Notes under the pieces: model-generated
Told to the model about the DNA's origin: nothing
The model's database searches: none
Seen by the model: only the letters and a program-made list of their open reading frames with translations
Assembly: GCA_030592165.1 (NCBI GenBank)
Contig: JAUVKC010000001.1
Location: 1 to 35,444 of the forward strand
DNA: 35,444 nt
Direction: 5' to 3'
Source: Candidatus Buchananbacteria bacterium
GTDB taxonomy: Bacteria > Patescibacteriota > Patescibacteriia > CAIXNZ01
In this document: piece by piece, positions 1 to 10,899 of the stretch
Position numbering within the stretch: position 1 is the first letter of the stretch
Layout of the letters: every line of letters starts with the position of its first letter
Program-made: the position numbers and the translations under genes

Positions 1-37
1 ACAATATTAAATTTTTTTTAAATATTACTATATAAAT

Positions 38-1603
38 ATGTCAAATGAAAAATTTTACGTAACTACTCCGATTTATTACGCGAATGATGTGCCTCATCTT
101 GGCCATGCTTATACTACAATAGCAGCTGATGTGGTTGCAAGATATCAAAGGATGATGCTTGGAGGTGATAATGTTTATTTTCTTACTGGTACAGATGAAC
201 ATGGTGCAAAGATCGCTCAGGCCGCAGAAGATAATAAATTAAAACCGCAAGAATTTGTGGACAAGATCGCAGCTGATTTTCAGATGATCTGGGATAGGCT
301 TAGTATTTCTAATAATGATTTTATCAGGACAACTGAAGATCGTCATAAAGAAATCGTGGTTGATTTTTTGAATAAACTTAAAGAAGCCAAGACACCTTTG
401 GGTAATCCAGTAATTTACGAAGGTGAATATGAAGGCTTGTATTGTGTTGGTTGTGAAACTTTTAAATCAGAATATGATCTTGTTGATGGTAAATGTCCTG
501 ATCATAATAAAGAACCTGAACCATATAAAGAAAAAAACTGGTTTTTACGACTATCTGATTATGGTGATAAATTAAAAGAATTAATTGAAAGTGGAGAGTT
601 TAAAGTTTTACCAGAGATAAGAGCAAATGAAATTCTTGGGCTTATAAATATTGGTTTAAAAGATGTAGCTATTTCTCGTCAGACTTTGAAATGGGGGATA
701 CCATTACCTTTTGATAAGGATCAGGTTACTTATGTTTGGGTTGATGCTTTAAGTAATTATATTAGTGCATTAGGCGGTCCTGAAAGTGATTTATACAAGA
801 AATTTTGGCCTTGTGATATACATTTAATGGCTAAAGATATTTTGAAATTTCACGCAACTATTTGGCCGGCAATTTTGCTAGCCCTAGACCTGCCATTACC
901 TAAGGAAGTTTTTGCTCATGGTTTTTTTACTGTTGATGGTCAAAAAATGAGTAAAACAATTGGTAATGTGATTGCTCCTGATGAACTAGTTGATCAGTAT
1001 GGAACAGATGCTACTCGATATTTATTATTATCACAATTCGGATTCGGAACTGATGGTGATTTTTCTAAAGAAAGATTAACTAATATTTATAATGCAGCTT
1101 TAGCTAATGAACTGGGTAATTTAGTTTCTCGAGTCTTGGCTATGACTGATAAAAATTTTGCAGGCAGGGTGCCAAAATACAATGTAGGTTATGATAAATT
1201 TTTTGAGTTTGATTTACAGACTGACTGGAATCGTTATGATGTTTATATGAAATCATATCAGTTTGATCAGGCTTTAAATGTTATTTGGGAAAATGTACGA
1301 AGATGTAATGCTTATATTGATAAGGAAAAACCATGGGAATTAGCTAACGGACATAAAGATATTTTGGCTGATGTGTTATATAATTTATTGGAAACTATTA
1401 GGCAAACAGCAATTATGAGCAGACCTTTTATGCCGGAAATAAGTGAAAGAATATTAATGCAATTAGGTTTTGAAGCAGAAAAGGAACTTGCTAAATCAAT
1501 TGAAGATTTACGTAAATGGGCAAGTTTACCACTTGATCAAAAAATAACAAAAGGTGAAGTCTTGTTTCCTCGTTTAGAAAATGAAAATAATAAAGACAAA
1601 TAA
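38..1603 (+). CDS. metG: Methionyl-tRNA synthetase, short form without C-terminal tRNA-binding domain
   Basis: Class I aaRS motifs read in the translation: HLGH ('VPHLGHAYT'), KMSKS-type loop ('GQKMSKTIGN') and a zinc knuckle ('CVGCETF...GKCPDH'). 521-aa ORF. Confidence 0.95.
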   Translation: MSNEKFYVTTPIYYANDVPHLGHAYTTIAADVVARYQRMMLGGDNVYFLTGTDEHGAKIAQAAEDNKLKPQEFVDKIAADFQMIWDRLSISNNDFIRTTEDRHKEIVVDFLNKLKEAKTPLGNPVIYEGEYEGLYCVGCETFKSEYDLVDGKCPDHNKEPEPYKEKNWFLRLSDYGDKLKELIESGEFKVLPEIRANEILGLINIGLKDVAISRQTLKWGIPLPFDKDQVTYVWVDALSNYISALGGPESDLYKKFWPCDIHLMAKDILKFHATIWPAILLALDLPLPKEVFAHGFFTVDGQKMSKTIGNVIAPDELVDQYGTDATRYLLLSQFGFGTDGDFSKERLTNIYNAALANELGNLVSRVLAMTDKNFAGRVPKYNVGYDKFFEFDLQTDWNRYDVYMKSYQFDQALNVIWENVRRCNAYIDKEKPWELANGHKDILADVLYNLLETIRQTAIMSRPFMPEISERILMQLGFEAEKELAKSIEDLRKWASLPLDQKITKGEVLFPRLENENNKDK

Positions 1604-1680
1604 GAGGGAGTTAGTAATATTTTACTTTAAAAAAAATGACAAATGTAAAATAACTAATGACTAATCAATGTTTGAATTTT

Positions 1681-1694
1681 AAATTAGTAATTAG
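1681..1694. repeat. Inverted copy of the 14-mer CTAATTACTAATTT, inside an imperfect inverted repeat (1651-1699)
   Basis: 'aaattagtaattag' is the reverse complement of the 5560-5587 unit. AATGACTAAT (1656-1665) pairs with ATTAGTCATT (1690-1699). Confidence 0.8.
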
Positions 1695-1775
1695 TCATTT
1701 TCTCATTTATACTCCAGAAGATGAATTAAAGTATGGAGTAATAGCATTTAAACTTAATAAATTAAATCTAAATTT

Positions 1776-2285
1776 ATGACTATTTTTGATGTTATTTTAC
1801 TATTAGTTCTTGGTGGGTTTGTCATGTTTGGACTATGGTTTGGCATTATTCATACGTTAGGTGCAATTGTCGGAACTTTTGCCGGTGCTTTTTTTGCCGG
1901 GCTTTGGTACGAACCTTTGGGAGCTTGGTTTACTAGTATTTTTGGTCATCCAAATTTGATGCGTATTTTTGCTTTTATCTTAATTTTTTTGGTTGTAAAC
2001 CGTTTGATAGGTTTTGGTTTTTATATTTTAGACAAATTTTTTGATTTTTTGAACACTATTCCGTTTTTAAAAACTGTAAATAGTCTAGTTGGTGGTGTTT
2101 TAGGTTTTTTTGAAGGATTGTTGATAATGGGTTTAGCTTTATTTATTATTGTTAGATTTCCAGTTTCTGACTGGTTTATTGGAGTTTTGCAAGCCTCAAC
2201 ATTATCACCATGGTTTATAAAAGTTTCTAATGTATTACAATGGATGTTGCCTGAATTTTTAAAACAAATCCAGGCGGTAATTTAA
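1776..2285 (+). CDS. CvpA-family integral membrane protein
   Basis: 169 aa with four hydrophobic helices. The N-terminus 'IFDVILLLVLGGFVMFGLWFGIIH' is typical of CvpA (colicin V production) family proteins. Family assignment is by eye. Confidence 0.7.
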   Translation: MTIFDVILLLVLGGFVMFGLWFGIIHTLGAIVGTFAGAFFAGLWYEPLGAWFTSIFGHPNLMRIFAFILIFLVVNRLIGFGFYILDKFFDFLNTIPFLKTVNSLVGGVLGFFEGLLIMGLALFIIVRFPVSDWFIGVLQASTLSPWFIKVSNVLQWMLPEFLKQIQAVI

Positions 2286-2355
2286 TTTTACAGATGTACA
2301 GATAGTTGCGATTTTGAAATCTGTATATTCGTATTGATCTGTAATTCGTAGTCAT

Positions 2356-3168
2356 ATGTTAATTGATTCACACGCACATCTAACTTTTGCAGAGTATGAG
2401 AGTGATTTAGGGGACGTTATTAAACGTTCTTTTGCTTCTGATACACAAATAATTAATGCCAGTAATAATTTTAAAACCAGTGTAATGGCAGTTGAATTAG
2501 CCAAAAAACATGAAGGTATGTGGGCTTTAGTCGGTTGTCATCCCGATGATATTTATTTGGAAAAAGTTGATATAAATAAATATCGTGATTTAGCAAATTC
2601 AAGTGAAAAAGTTGTTGGGATTGGGGAAGTTGGGTTGGATTTTTTTCGTTTAAAAGATGGTGAAAAATCTATTGAGGCAATAAAAAAAGATCAGGTTAAA
2701 TATTTTAAAGAATTTATTGGTTTATCTAAAGAACTTGATTTACCTTTAGTTTTGCATTGTCGTGGTACAAAAGACGATCCATATAAGGCTTATGATTTAA
2801 TGTTAGAAATTCTAAGCTCTAAGCCCATAGCTCAAAGCCCAAAGCCAAGAGGTGTTATTCATTGTTTTGGCGGTAATTTGGAACAAGCTAAAAAGTTTAT
2901 TGATTTAGGTTTTTATATAGGTTTCACTGGTATTGTTACTTTTAAAAATGCCAAAGAATTGCAGGCGATTGCTAAAGAGATTCCTTTGGATAAAATATTA
3001 ATTGAAACAGATTCTCCGTTTTTAGCACCTGAGCCAAATAGAGGTAAGAAAAACGAGCCAAGTTATGTTAAGTATGTTGCCCAAAAAATCGCTGATTTGA
3101 AAGAGGTAAGAGTTATTGAAGTGGAAAAGGCTACTTATATTAATACGGTTAAATTATTTAATCTATGA
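2356..3168 (+). CDS. tatD: TatD-family metal-dependent hydrolase/DNase
   Basis: 'MLIDSHAHL' HxH start, 'GEVGLDF', 'LVLHCR' and 'ETDSPFLAP' motifs of the TatD amidohydrolase fold. Confidence 0.9.
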   Translation: MLIDSHAHLTFAEYESDLGDVIKRSFASDTQIINASNNFKTSVMAVELAKKHEGMWALVGCHPDDIYLEKVDINKYRDLANSSEKVVGIGEVGLDFFRLKDGEKSIEAIKKDQVKYFKEFIGLSKELDLPLVLHCRGTKDDPYKAYDLMLEILSSKPIAQSPKPRGVIHCFGGNLEQAKKFIDLGFYIGFTGIVTFKNAKELQAIAKEIPLDKILIETDSPFLAPEPNRGKKNEPSYVKYVAQKIADLKEVRVIEVEKATYINTVKLFNL

Positions 3169-3788
3169 ATTTACCAGATTGGGAAATGGAATCAGGTTTA
3201 TGGCAAAGAGGCTATAAGTACATAGCTGGAATAGACGAAGTTGGCAGGGGAGCTTGGGCAGGGCCGATTGTTGCTGCCGGAGTTATTTTTGCTGAAGAAA
3301 TAGAGATTGAAGGTGTTAAAGATTCAAAAAAACTTAGTGTGAAAAAAAGAACAGAATTAGTTACAATAATTAAGGAAAAAGCATTATCTTGGACTGTTCA
3401 ATCAGTTGAAAATACTAAAATTGATGAAATCGGTGTTGGCAAGGCTAACGCTTTAGTTATTGATAAAGTAATTAATGAATTAAATATTAGACCTGATTAT
3501 GCTTTGATAGACAAAGCTACTGTTATTGAATATAAGATAAAAATACCCTGGGAAACAATAATTAAAGGAGATAATAAGGTTATTTCAATTGCGGCAGCTT
3601 CAATCTTAGCTAAAGATTACCGTGATAATTTGATGATTGAATTGGCTCAAAAATACCCACAATATGGCTTTGATGTACATAAGGGCTATGGTACGAAATT
3701 ACATAAAGAAATGCTTGACGCTCATGATATTTGTGATATTCATCGTAAATCATATAAACCTATCAGCCAAAGACAGTTATTTCAATAA
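3165..3788 (+). CDS. rnhB: Ribonuclease HII
   Basis: 'GIDEVGRGAWAGPIVAA' (DEVGRG catalytic motif), 'DSKKLS' and 'AASILAK'. The ATGA overlap with the tatD stop suggests translational coupling. Confidence 0.9.
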   Translation: MNLPDWEMESGLWQRGYKYIAGIDEVGRGAWAGPIVAAGVIFAEEIEIEGVKDSKKLSVKKRTELVTIIKEKALSWTVQSVENTKIDEIGVGKANALVIDKVINELNIRPDYALIDKATVIEYKIKIPWETIIKGDNKVISIAAASILAKDYRDNLMIELAQKYPQYGFDVHKGYGTKLHKEMLDAHDICDIHRKSYKPISQRQLFQ

Positions 3789-3923
3789 GTTTGAATTTTG
3801 CTTTATATACATTACAAATTTAAAATATAATTGACGAAATATATAATTTAGTGTAAGCTATAGTTGATTTTTATTAAGTTAAAAAATCTCTTTAAAGAGC
3901 TTTTTTATTTTTTTATCAAAATT

Positions 3924-4193
3924 ATGGAAGAAACTGATTCAAAAAATTGGTGGAGAGACCCTGTTATCAAATTTACTGAACTTGGGAGTTGGATTGCCGG
4001 ACCTATTGTTCTGGGTATTTTTTTAGGAAAATGGCTTGATAATAGATATGATACAGAGCCATGGTTATTTTTACTAACAATTGGTCTAGCTTTTGTGATT
4101 TCAATCACAGGATTAGTGAAAAACACAATTGCCTATATGAACCAAATCGATAAATCAAATAATATAAAAAATAATAAAGATGGAAGACAGTAG
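3924..4193 (+). CDS. AtpZ/AtpI-like small membrane protein of the ATP synthase operon
   Basis: 'LGSWIAGPIVLGIFLGKWLDNRYDTEPWLFLLTIGLAF' matches the G..LG.WLD....T.PW pattern of the ATPase_gene1 (AtpZ) family, and it sits immediately upstream of atpB. I prefer the ATG at 3924 over the TTG at 3864 given in the ORF track. Confidence 0.65.
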   Translation: MEETDSKNWWRDPVIKFTELGSWIAGPIVLGIFLGKWLDNRYDTEPWLFLLTIGLAFVISITGLVKNTIAYMNQIDKSNNIKNNKDGRQ

Positions 4194-5112
4194 TATAGTA
4201 AATCACAATTTAATAGATAATGAAAATCACGCAGATTCAAATAGTGAACATGCGGAAATTAATCATGAAAATAATACTGGCGCAACACATGAGCAAACAA
4301 ACAGTCACGAAAGTGCTGAACATGCTCATACCTTGTTTGCAGAGCCGGTTTTTAATTTGGGAAATTTTACTGTTACAAATTCACTTATTAATAGCTGGTT
4401 GGTTGTTTTTATTATTATTGTTTTTTCTTTAGTATTAAGAACTAAAATAAAACAAATTCCTAAAGGTCTTCAAAATGTGTTTGAAATAGTTGTGGAAAGT
4501 GCTTTAAACCTTTGTGACTCAGTTACTAATGATCGTAAGAAAACATTGAAATTTTTCCCAATTGTTTTTGGTTTGTTTGCTTTTATTTTATTGAATAATT
4601 GGCTTGGTTTGTTGCCAGGTATTGGTTCTGTCGGTTATTATGCTGTTCAGGAAGGTCATAATGTGTTTATTCCATTTTTTCGTGGTGGTACTGCTGATTT
4701 AAATACAACAGTAGCTTTAGCCTTGTTTTCAGTTATTGCTGCTAATATAGCTGGTGTTATTATTATTGGTTTTTGGAGTCATTTTAATAAATTTATCAAT
4801 ATAAACGCATTTATAGAAATTCCTAAGAAAATTGTCAAAGAACCTGCTATTGTTTTAGTTAATCCAATAAAAGCCTTTGTTGGAATAGTTGAAATCGTGG
4901 GTGAGATGGCTAAAGTAGCCTCGCTTTCTTTTCGTTTATTTGGTAATGTATTTGCCGGGGAAGTACTTTTAGCATCAATGGCAGCTATTTTTGCTTTTTT
5001 TATACCTATTCCGTTTATGTTTTTAGAATTAATTGTCGGAATTATTCAAGCTTTAATTTTTGCAGTTTTAACTTTGGTGTATATGACAATTGCCTCAGAA
5101 CATGCACATTAG
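4180..5112 (+). CDS. atpB: F-type ATP synthase Fo subunit a, with ~50-aa His/Glu/Asn-rich N-terminal extension
   Basis: Multi-pass membrane protein with the conserved 'SLSFRLFGNVFAGE' segment containing the essential Arg. Operon position fits. The ATG at 4180 overlaps the preceding stop. Confidence 0.9.
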   Translation: MEDSSIVNHNLIDNENHADSNSEHAEINHENNTGATHEQTNSHESAEHAHTLFAEPVFNLGNFTVTNSLINSWLVVFIIIVFSLVLRTKIKQIPKGLQNVFEIVVESALNLCDSVTNDRKKTLKFFPIVFGLFAFILLNNWLGLLPGIGSVGYYAVQEGHNVFIPFFRGGTADLNTTVALALFSVIAANIAGVIIIGFWSHFNKFININAFIEIPKKIVKEPAIVLVNPIKAFVGIVEIVGEMAKVASLSFRLFGNVFAGEVLLASMAAIFAFFIPIPFMFLELIVGIIQALIFAVLTLVYMTIASEHAH

Positions 5113-5242
5113 GTTGACGGTAAGAAGTGGGAAGTATTAAATATTTAAGATTTAAGTGTTGAGATTTGGGATTTATCAAAATAAATTTTAGTTCTTAATT
5201 CTTAATCAAACTGTTCAAGACGACGTTAAACAAAAAAAATAA

Positions 5243-5494
<252 letters not shown>

Positions 5495-5508
5495 TGATTT
5501 TTTACGTA

Positions 5509-5531
5509 AAGAGGAGAAATTTTCTCCTCTT
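5509..5531 (+). promoter_or_regulatory. Perfect 10-bp stem-loop just downstream of atpE (intercistronic stabiliser/attenuator candidate)
   Basis: AAGAGGAGAA-ATT-TTCTCCTCTT, 15 nt after the atpE stop. No U-run follows, so it is unlikely to be a full terminator. Confidence 0.5.
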
Positions 5532-5559
5532 AGGTAAGTAATTATTAAATTTCCAATCC

Positions 5560-5587
5560 CTAATTACTAATTTCTAATTACTAATTT
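5560..5587. repeat. Exact tandem duplication of the 14-mer CTAATTACTAATTT
   Basis: Copies at 5560-5573 and 5574-5587 are identical. A third exact copy lies inverted at 1681-1694. Confidence 0.85.
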
Positions 5588-5595
5588 TAAATTCT

Positions 5596-6108
5596 ATGGG
5601 ATCATTAATTGAAACATTTCATTTAGACGTAAAATTAATTATTGCACAATTAGTTAATTTTTTTATTGTAGCTGGTGTTTTGTATTTTTTTGCGCTTAAA
5701 CCAATAATGAAAATAATGAATGAAAGAACAGCTAAAATAGAAAAAGGTTTGACTGATGCCCAAGAAATAGAAGAAAGATTAAATAAAACTCAAGAAGAAA
5801 GCAAAGAACTAATTAGTCAGGCTAAAAAAGAATCAATGGAAATTATTGATAATGCTAATACAAAATCAGAAGAAAAGAAAAAAGAAATTGTTACTAACGC
5901 AAAAAAAGAAATTGAGTCATTGATTAATCAGTCAAAAAAACAAATTGCCGATGAAAAAGAACAAATGATAAAAGAGGTAAAGGCTGATGTTGTTGACCTG
6001 GTTACTCAGGTTAGTACAAAGGTTTTAGCAGGAAAAATTGATGCTGATATTAATCAAAAATTAATTGAACAAGCAATTAAAGAAACCAACAAAAATGAAA
6101 AAAATTAA
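5596..6108 (+). CDS. atpF: F-type ATP synthase Fo subunit b
   Basis: Single N-terminal TM helix followed by a long K/E-rich coiled-coil-like helix. Operon position between c and delta. Confidence 0.85.
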   Translation: MGSLIETFHLDVKLIIAQLVNFFIVAGVLYFFALKPIMKIMNERTAKIEKGLTDAQEIEERLNKTQEESKELISQAKKESMEIIDNANTKSEEKKKEIVTNAKKEIESLINQSKKQIADEKEQMIKEVKADVVDLVTQVSTKVLAGKIDADINQKLIEQAIKETNKNEKN

Positions 6109-6490
6109 AGCAAAAATTTATGCTCAAGTTTTATATCAGTTATCTTGCGAGACTGATGATCTTGATAGTGTTTTAGCTAATTTTGTGAAGTTGTTAGTTT
6201 CCAGAAATCAATTAAGTTTGATTAATGAAATAATTAATGATTTCAAGCAAATTTATAATAAGAATGAAAATCAGGTTGATGCACAAGTAGTGACTCCTTT
6301 TGCTTTAGATAAAAACACAAAACACTTGATAGAAGATTTGATTAGGCAAATGAATACTGTGAAAAAAGTTGAATTAACAGAAATAATAGATAAAGAGTTG
6401 ATCGGTGGTTTGGTTGTTAATTTTGATGATACGCGAATTGATACTAGTATAAAAAAACAATTAAGTTTATTAAAAAATAATATTAAATAA
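6095..6490 (+). CDS. atpH: F-type ATP synthase subunit delta (short, ~131 aa)
   Basis: Operon position and the OSCP-like C-terminal 'LIGGLVVNFDDTRIDTSIKKQL'. I prefer the ATG at 6095 over the TTG at 6065. It overlaps the atpF end by 14 nt. Confidence 0.8.
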   Translation: MKKIKAKIYAQVLYQLSCETDDLDSVLANFVKLLVSRNQLSLINEIINDFKQIYNKNENQVDAQVVTPFALDKNTKHLIEDLIRQMNTVKKVELTEIIDKELIGGLVVNFDDTRIDTSIKKQLSLLKNNIK

Positions 6491-6496
6491 AAAAAT

Positions 6497-8017
6497 ATGG
6501 CAGATAAAACACATATTATTGAAAGTTTAAAAAAACAAATTGAAGATTTTAAATCCCAAGCAGTTATAGAAAAAGTTGGTAAAGTATTAGAAATTGGTGA
6601 CGGAATCGCCAGAATTTCAGGCCTGTCAGATTGTATGGCTTCAGAAATGATCCAGTTTGAAAACGGAGAAATCGGAGTTGCTTTGAATCTTGAAGAAGAT
6701 TCAATTGGAGCTATAATTTTAGGTGATTATTTGGGAATCAAAGAAGGTGATACAGTCAAAACAACAGGCCAAATATTACAGATACCTGTTGGTGACAATT
6801 TAGTCGGTAGAGTTGTTGATCCTTTGGGTAATGCTTTGGATGGTAAGGGTGAAATATCAACTAAACAATTTTTACCAATTGAAAAAATAGCTCCAGGTGT
6901 AATTACCCGATCATCAGTAAATCAACCTGTACAAACAGGAATAAAAGCGATTGATTCAGTAATTCCAATTGGACGAGGTCAACGAGAATTAATTATTGGA
7001 GATAGACAAACAGGTAAAACAGCCTTAGCAATTGATACGATTATTAATCAAAAAGGATTGAACATGAAATGCGTTTATGTAGCCATTGGTCAAAAAGAAT
7101 CAAAAGTATCAAAGATTATCGCCAAGTTTGAAGAGACCGGAGCTATGGAATATACCACGGTTGTTTTGGCAGGGGCTTCTGATCCAGCTTCTTTGAACTA
7201 TATTGCACCTTATTCTGGTTGTGCAATTGCTGAATATTTCATGGATAAAGGCGAAGATGTTTTAATAGTTTATGATGATTTGTCAAAGCATGCGGTTGCT
7301 TATCGTGAAATATCTCTGCTTTTACGAAGACCGCCAGGACGTGAAGCTTATCCGGGTGATATTTTTTATTTACATTCAAGACTTTTAGAAAGATCAGCCA
7401 AATTAAACAAAGAAAACGGTGGTGGGTCATTAACGGCTTTGCCAATTATTGAGACCCAATCTGGTGATGTTTCCGCCTATATTCCAACTAATGTTATCTC
7501 AATTACAGATGGACAAATCTATCTTGAAGCTGATTTGTTTTATCAGGGTATTAGACCAGCTTTAAATGCCGGTTTGTCAGTTTCTCGTGTTGGTTCAGCT
7601 GCTCAGATTAAAGCTATGAAAAAAGTTGCTGGGAAATTAAAACTTGATTTAGCTCAATATAGAGAATTAGCTGCTTTTGCTCAATTTGGTTCAGATTTAG
7701 ATGAAGGTACAAAAAAACAATTAGAAAGAGGGAAGCGAGTAGTGGAAATCATGAAACAAGATCAATACAAAACAGTAGAGGTTACCAAACAAGTAATTAT
7801 ATTTTACGCGTTAGGTCAGGGTTTGTTAGATGATATACCTGTTGATAAAATTAAAGAATTTGAAGATAAGTTTTATGAATTTTTGGATGTACAGGCAAGT
7901 GATTTGTTGGAATCAATTAAAACTGAGGGTGATTTAACAAAAAAAATAGAAGAAACAATTACCAAGACCGTTAATGATTATAAAGAAACATTAGATTATT
8001 TAATTGTCAAAGAATAA
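6497..8017 (+). CDS. atpA: F-type ATP synthase subunit alpha
   Basis: Walker A 'GDRQTGKT', '[11 protein letters not shown]' and '[25 protein letters not shown]', all typical of alpha subunits. Confidence 0.97.
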   Translation: MADKTHIIESLKKQIEDFKSQAVIEKVGKVLEIGDGIARISGLSDCMASEMIQFENGEIGVALNLEEDSIGAIILGDYLGIKEGDTVKTTGQILQIPVGDNLVGRVVDPLGNALDGKGEISTKQFLPIEKIAPGVITRSSVNQPVQTGIKAIDSVIPIGRGQRELIIGDRQTGKTALAIDTIINQKGLNMKCVYVAIGQKESKVSKIIAKFEETGAMEYTTVVLAGASDPASLNYIAPYSGCAIAEYFMDKGEDVLIVYDDLSKHAVAYREISLLLRRPPGREAYPGDIFYLHSRLLERSAKLNKENGGGSLTALPIIETQSGDVSAYIPTNVISITDGQIYLEADLFYQGIRPALNAGLSVSRVGSAAQIKAMKKVAGKLKLDLAQYRELAAFAQFGSDLDEGTKKQLERGKRVVEIMKQDQYKTVEVTKQVIIFYALGQGLLDDIPVDKIKEFEDKFYEFLDVQASDLLESIKTEGDLTKKIEETITKTVNDYKETLDYLIVKE

Positions 8018-8024
8018 ATAGCAT

Positions 8025-9005
8025 ATGCCACAAGCCACAAAAGAAATAACCAGAAGAATAAAGTCAGTTACTAGTACTAAAAAGATTACTAAAGCTATGG
8101 AATTAGTAGCTGCAGCGAAAATGAAAAAATCAGTTGAAGCTACATTAGCTTCACGCTTTTATGCTCGTTATTCTTGGGATATTTTAACTAATTTAGCCAA
8201 TGTAAGTCAGAAAAACGCACATCCCTTACTAAAAGTTAGAAAAGTGAAAAAGGTAGCTATTGTTTTTATTACTTCAAACAAAGGGCTTTGTGGTAGTTAT
8301 AATTCAGCTATAATGAAAAAAGTTATTGATCAAATAAAAACCCCACAATCATTAATGATTAACCGAGTTTTGGATAAAAAAATTGAGTCTGATATTAAAC
8401 CAGAAGATTTGGAAGTAGATTTTATTTGTATAGGTAGTAAGGGTGCTGAAATTTTAAATAAAATGAATAAAAATATTGTTGAAGTTTTTACAGATATCAA
8501 AGAAAGACCGAAATTAAGAGAAATAAAACCCATAGCTGAATCGTTGATTAGCAAATATGCAAAAGGTGAGTATGATAAAATTGTTGTTGCTTACACCGAT
8601 TATTTTTCAGCTGTAAAACAAGAACCAAAAATTAGACAGCTTTTACCTTTATCAAAAATAGATTTAGCAAAAATAATTGATGATTTGGATACTGCTCATG
8701 ATAAATATAAAAAAGAAAATGATGAGAAAGGAATTAAACAGCAGGATTATTTATTTGAGCCAAATAAAAAAGAACTTTTGGAATCTATTTTGCCAAAATT
8801 AGTAGAAATGCAATTATACCAAATGATAATGGAATCAAATGCTTCAGAGCAATCAGCCAGAATGGTAGCTATGAAATCTGCTTCTGATGCAGCAGATGAA
8901 ATGATAGATGAATTAACCTTAATTTATAATAAAGCACGTCAATCTGCAATTACTCAGGAACTTGCAGAATTTTCTGCTGGTAAAGCAGCTTTAGAAAATA
9001 ATTAA
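8025..9005 (+). CDS. atpG: F-type ATP synthase subunit gamma
   Basis: N-terminal 'EITRRIKSVTSTKKITKAMELVAAAKM' and C-terminal 'YNKARQSAITQELAEFSAGKAAL' gamma coiled-coil signatures. Confidence 0.93.
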   Translation: MPQATKEITRRIKSVTSTKKITKAMELVAAAKMKKSVEATLASRFYARYSWDILTNLANVSQKNAHPLLKVRKVKKVAIVFITSNKGLCGSYNSAIMKKVIDQIKTPQSLMINRVLDKKIESDIKPEDLEVDFICIGSKGAEILNKMNKNIVEVFTDIKERPKLREIKPIAESLISKYAKGEYDKIVVAYTDYFSAVKQEPKIRQLLPLSKIDLAKIIDDLDTAHDKYKKENDEKGIKQQDYLFEPNKKELLESILPKLVEMQLYQMIMESNASEQSARMVAMKSASDAADEMIDELTLIYNKARQSAITQELAEFSAGKAALENN

Positions 9006-9015
9006 TAATTAATAA

Positions 9016-10419
<1,404 letters not shown>

Positions 10420-10424
10420 CATTT

Positions 10425-10889
10425 ATGTCAGATAATAAAATACAATTAAAAATTGCCACGCCGGAAAGATTAGTTTTAGAGGAACTAGTTGATCAGGTTT
10501 CTTTACCGACTAAAAATGGTGAGGTTACTATTTTGCCAAATCATATCCCTTTGATAGCTGAGCTTGAGTTTGGTGAGCTTTTAGCTAAAAAAGGTGATGA
10601 AGACATGCCATTTGCTATTTGGGGTGGTTTAGTTGAAGTAAATGATAATACCGTGGTGGTTTTAAGTGATATTGCTGAATTTGCAGAAGAAATAAGTTTG
10701 GAAAAAGTAGAACAAGCCAAGCAAAAAGCTGAAGATTTAATGCAAAAAAAAGGTCAGTTTTCAGAACAAGAATTTGCAGATTTGCTTTATAGTTATCAAA
10801 AACATACGGCTTTATTGAAAGTGGGTAAGAAATTTCAAACAAAAAAATATAGAAAATTAGCCAATATAAAAAACAATTTTAAGAATTAA
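10425..10889 (+). CDS. atpC: F-type ATP synthase subunit epsilon, with a basic C-terminal tail
   Basis: Beta-sandwich N-terminal pattern 'LKIATPERLVLEELVDQVSLPTKNGEVTILPNHIPLI', last gene of the operon. Confidence 0.88.
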   Translation: MSDNKIQLKIATPERLVLEELVDQVSLPTKNGEVTILPNHIPLIAELEFGELLAKKGDEDMPFAIWGGLVEVNDNTVVVLSDIAEFAEEISLEKVEQAKQKAEDLMQKKGQFSEQEFADLLYSYQKHTALLKVGKKFQTKKYRKLANIKNNFKN

Positions 10890-10899
10890 ATTTATACCA

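Noticed and set aside
3637-3834. Short nested or antisense ORFs in the track: 3637-3834, 3905-4126(-), 4220-4432, 7239-7445(-), 8330-8554(-), 10615-10842(-), 13638-13838(-), 14055-14255(-), 18210-18395(-), 21167-21382, 21329-21616(-), 22374-22601(-), 23991-24194(-), 26901-27086(-), 29209-29391(-), 30370-30627(-), 31495-31728(-)
   Set aside because: Each lies entirely or mostly within a longer, well-supported gene in another frame or strand. Their compositions are low-complexity, as expected from AT-rich off-frame translation.
3864-3923. Upstream TTG starts suggested by the ORF track (3864 for the AtpZ-like gene, 6065 for atpH, 24967 for the 857-aa protein)
   Set aside because: In each case an in-frame ATG lies 9-60 nt downstream. 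These ATGs give N-termini typical of the family or a normal signal peptide (MKRKKILIFF...). The TTG codons have no better SD context.
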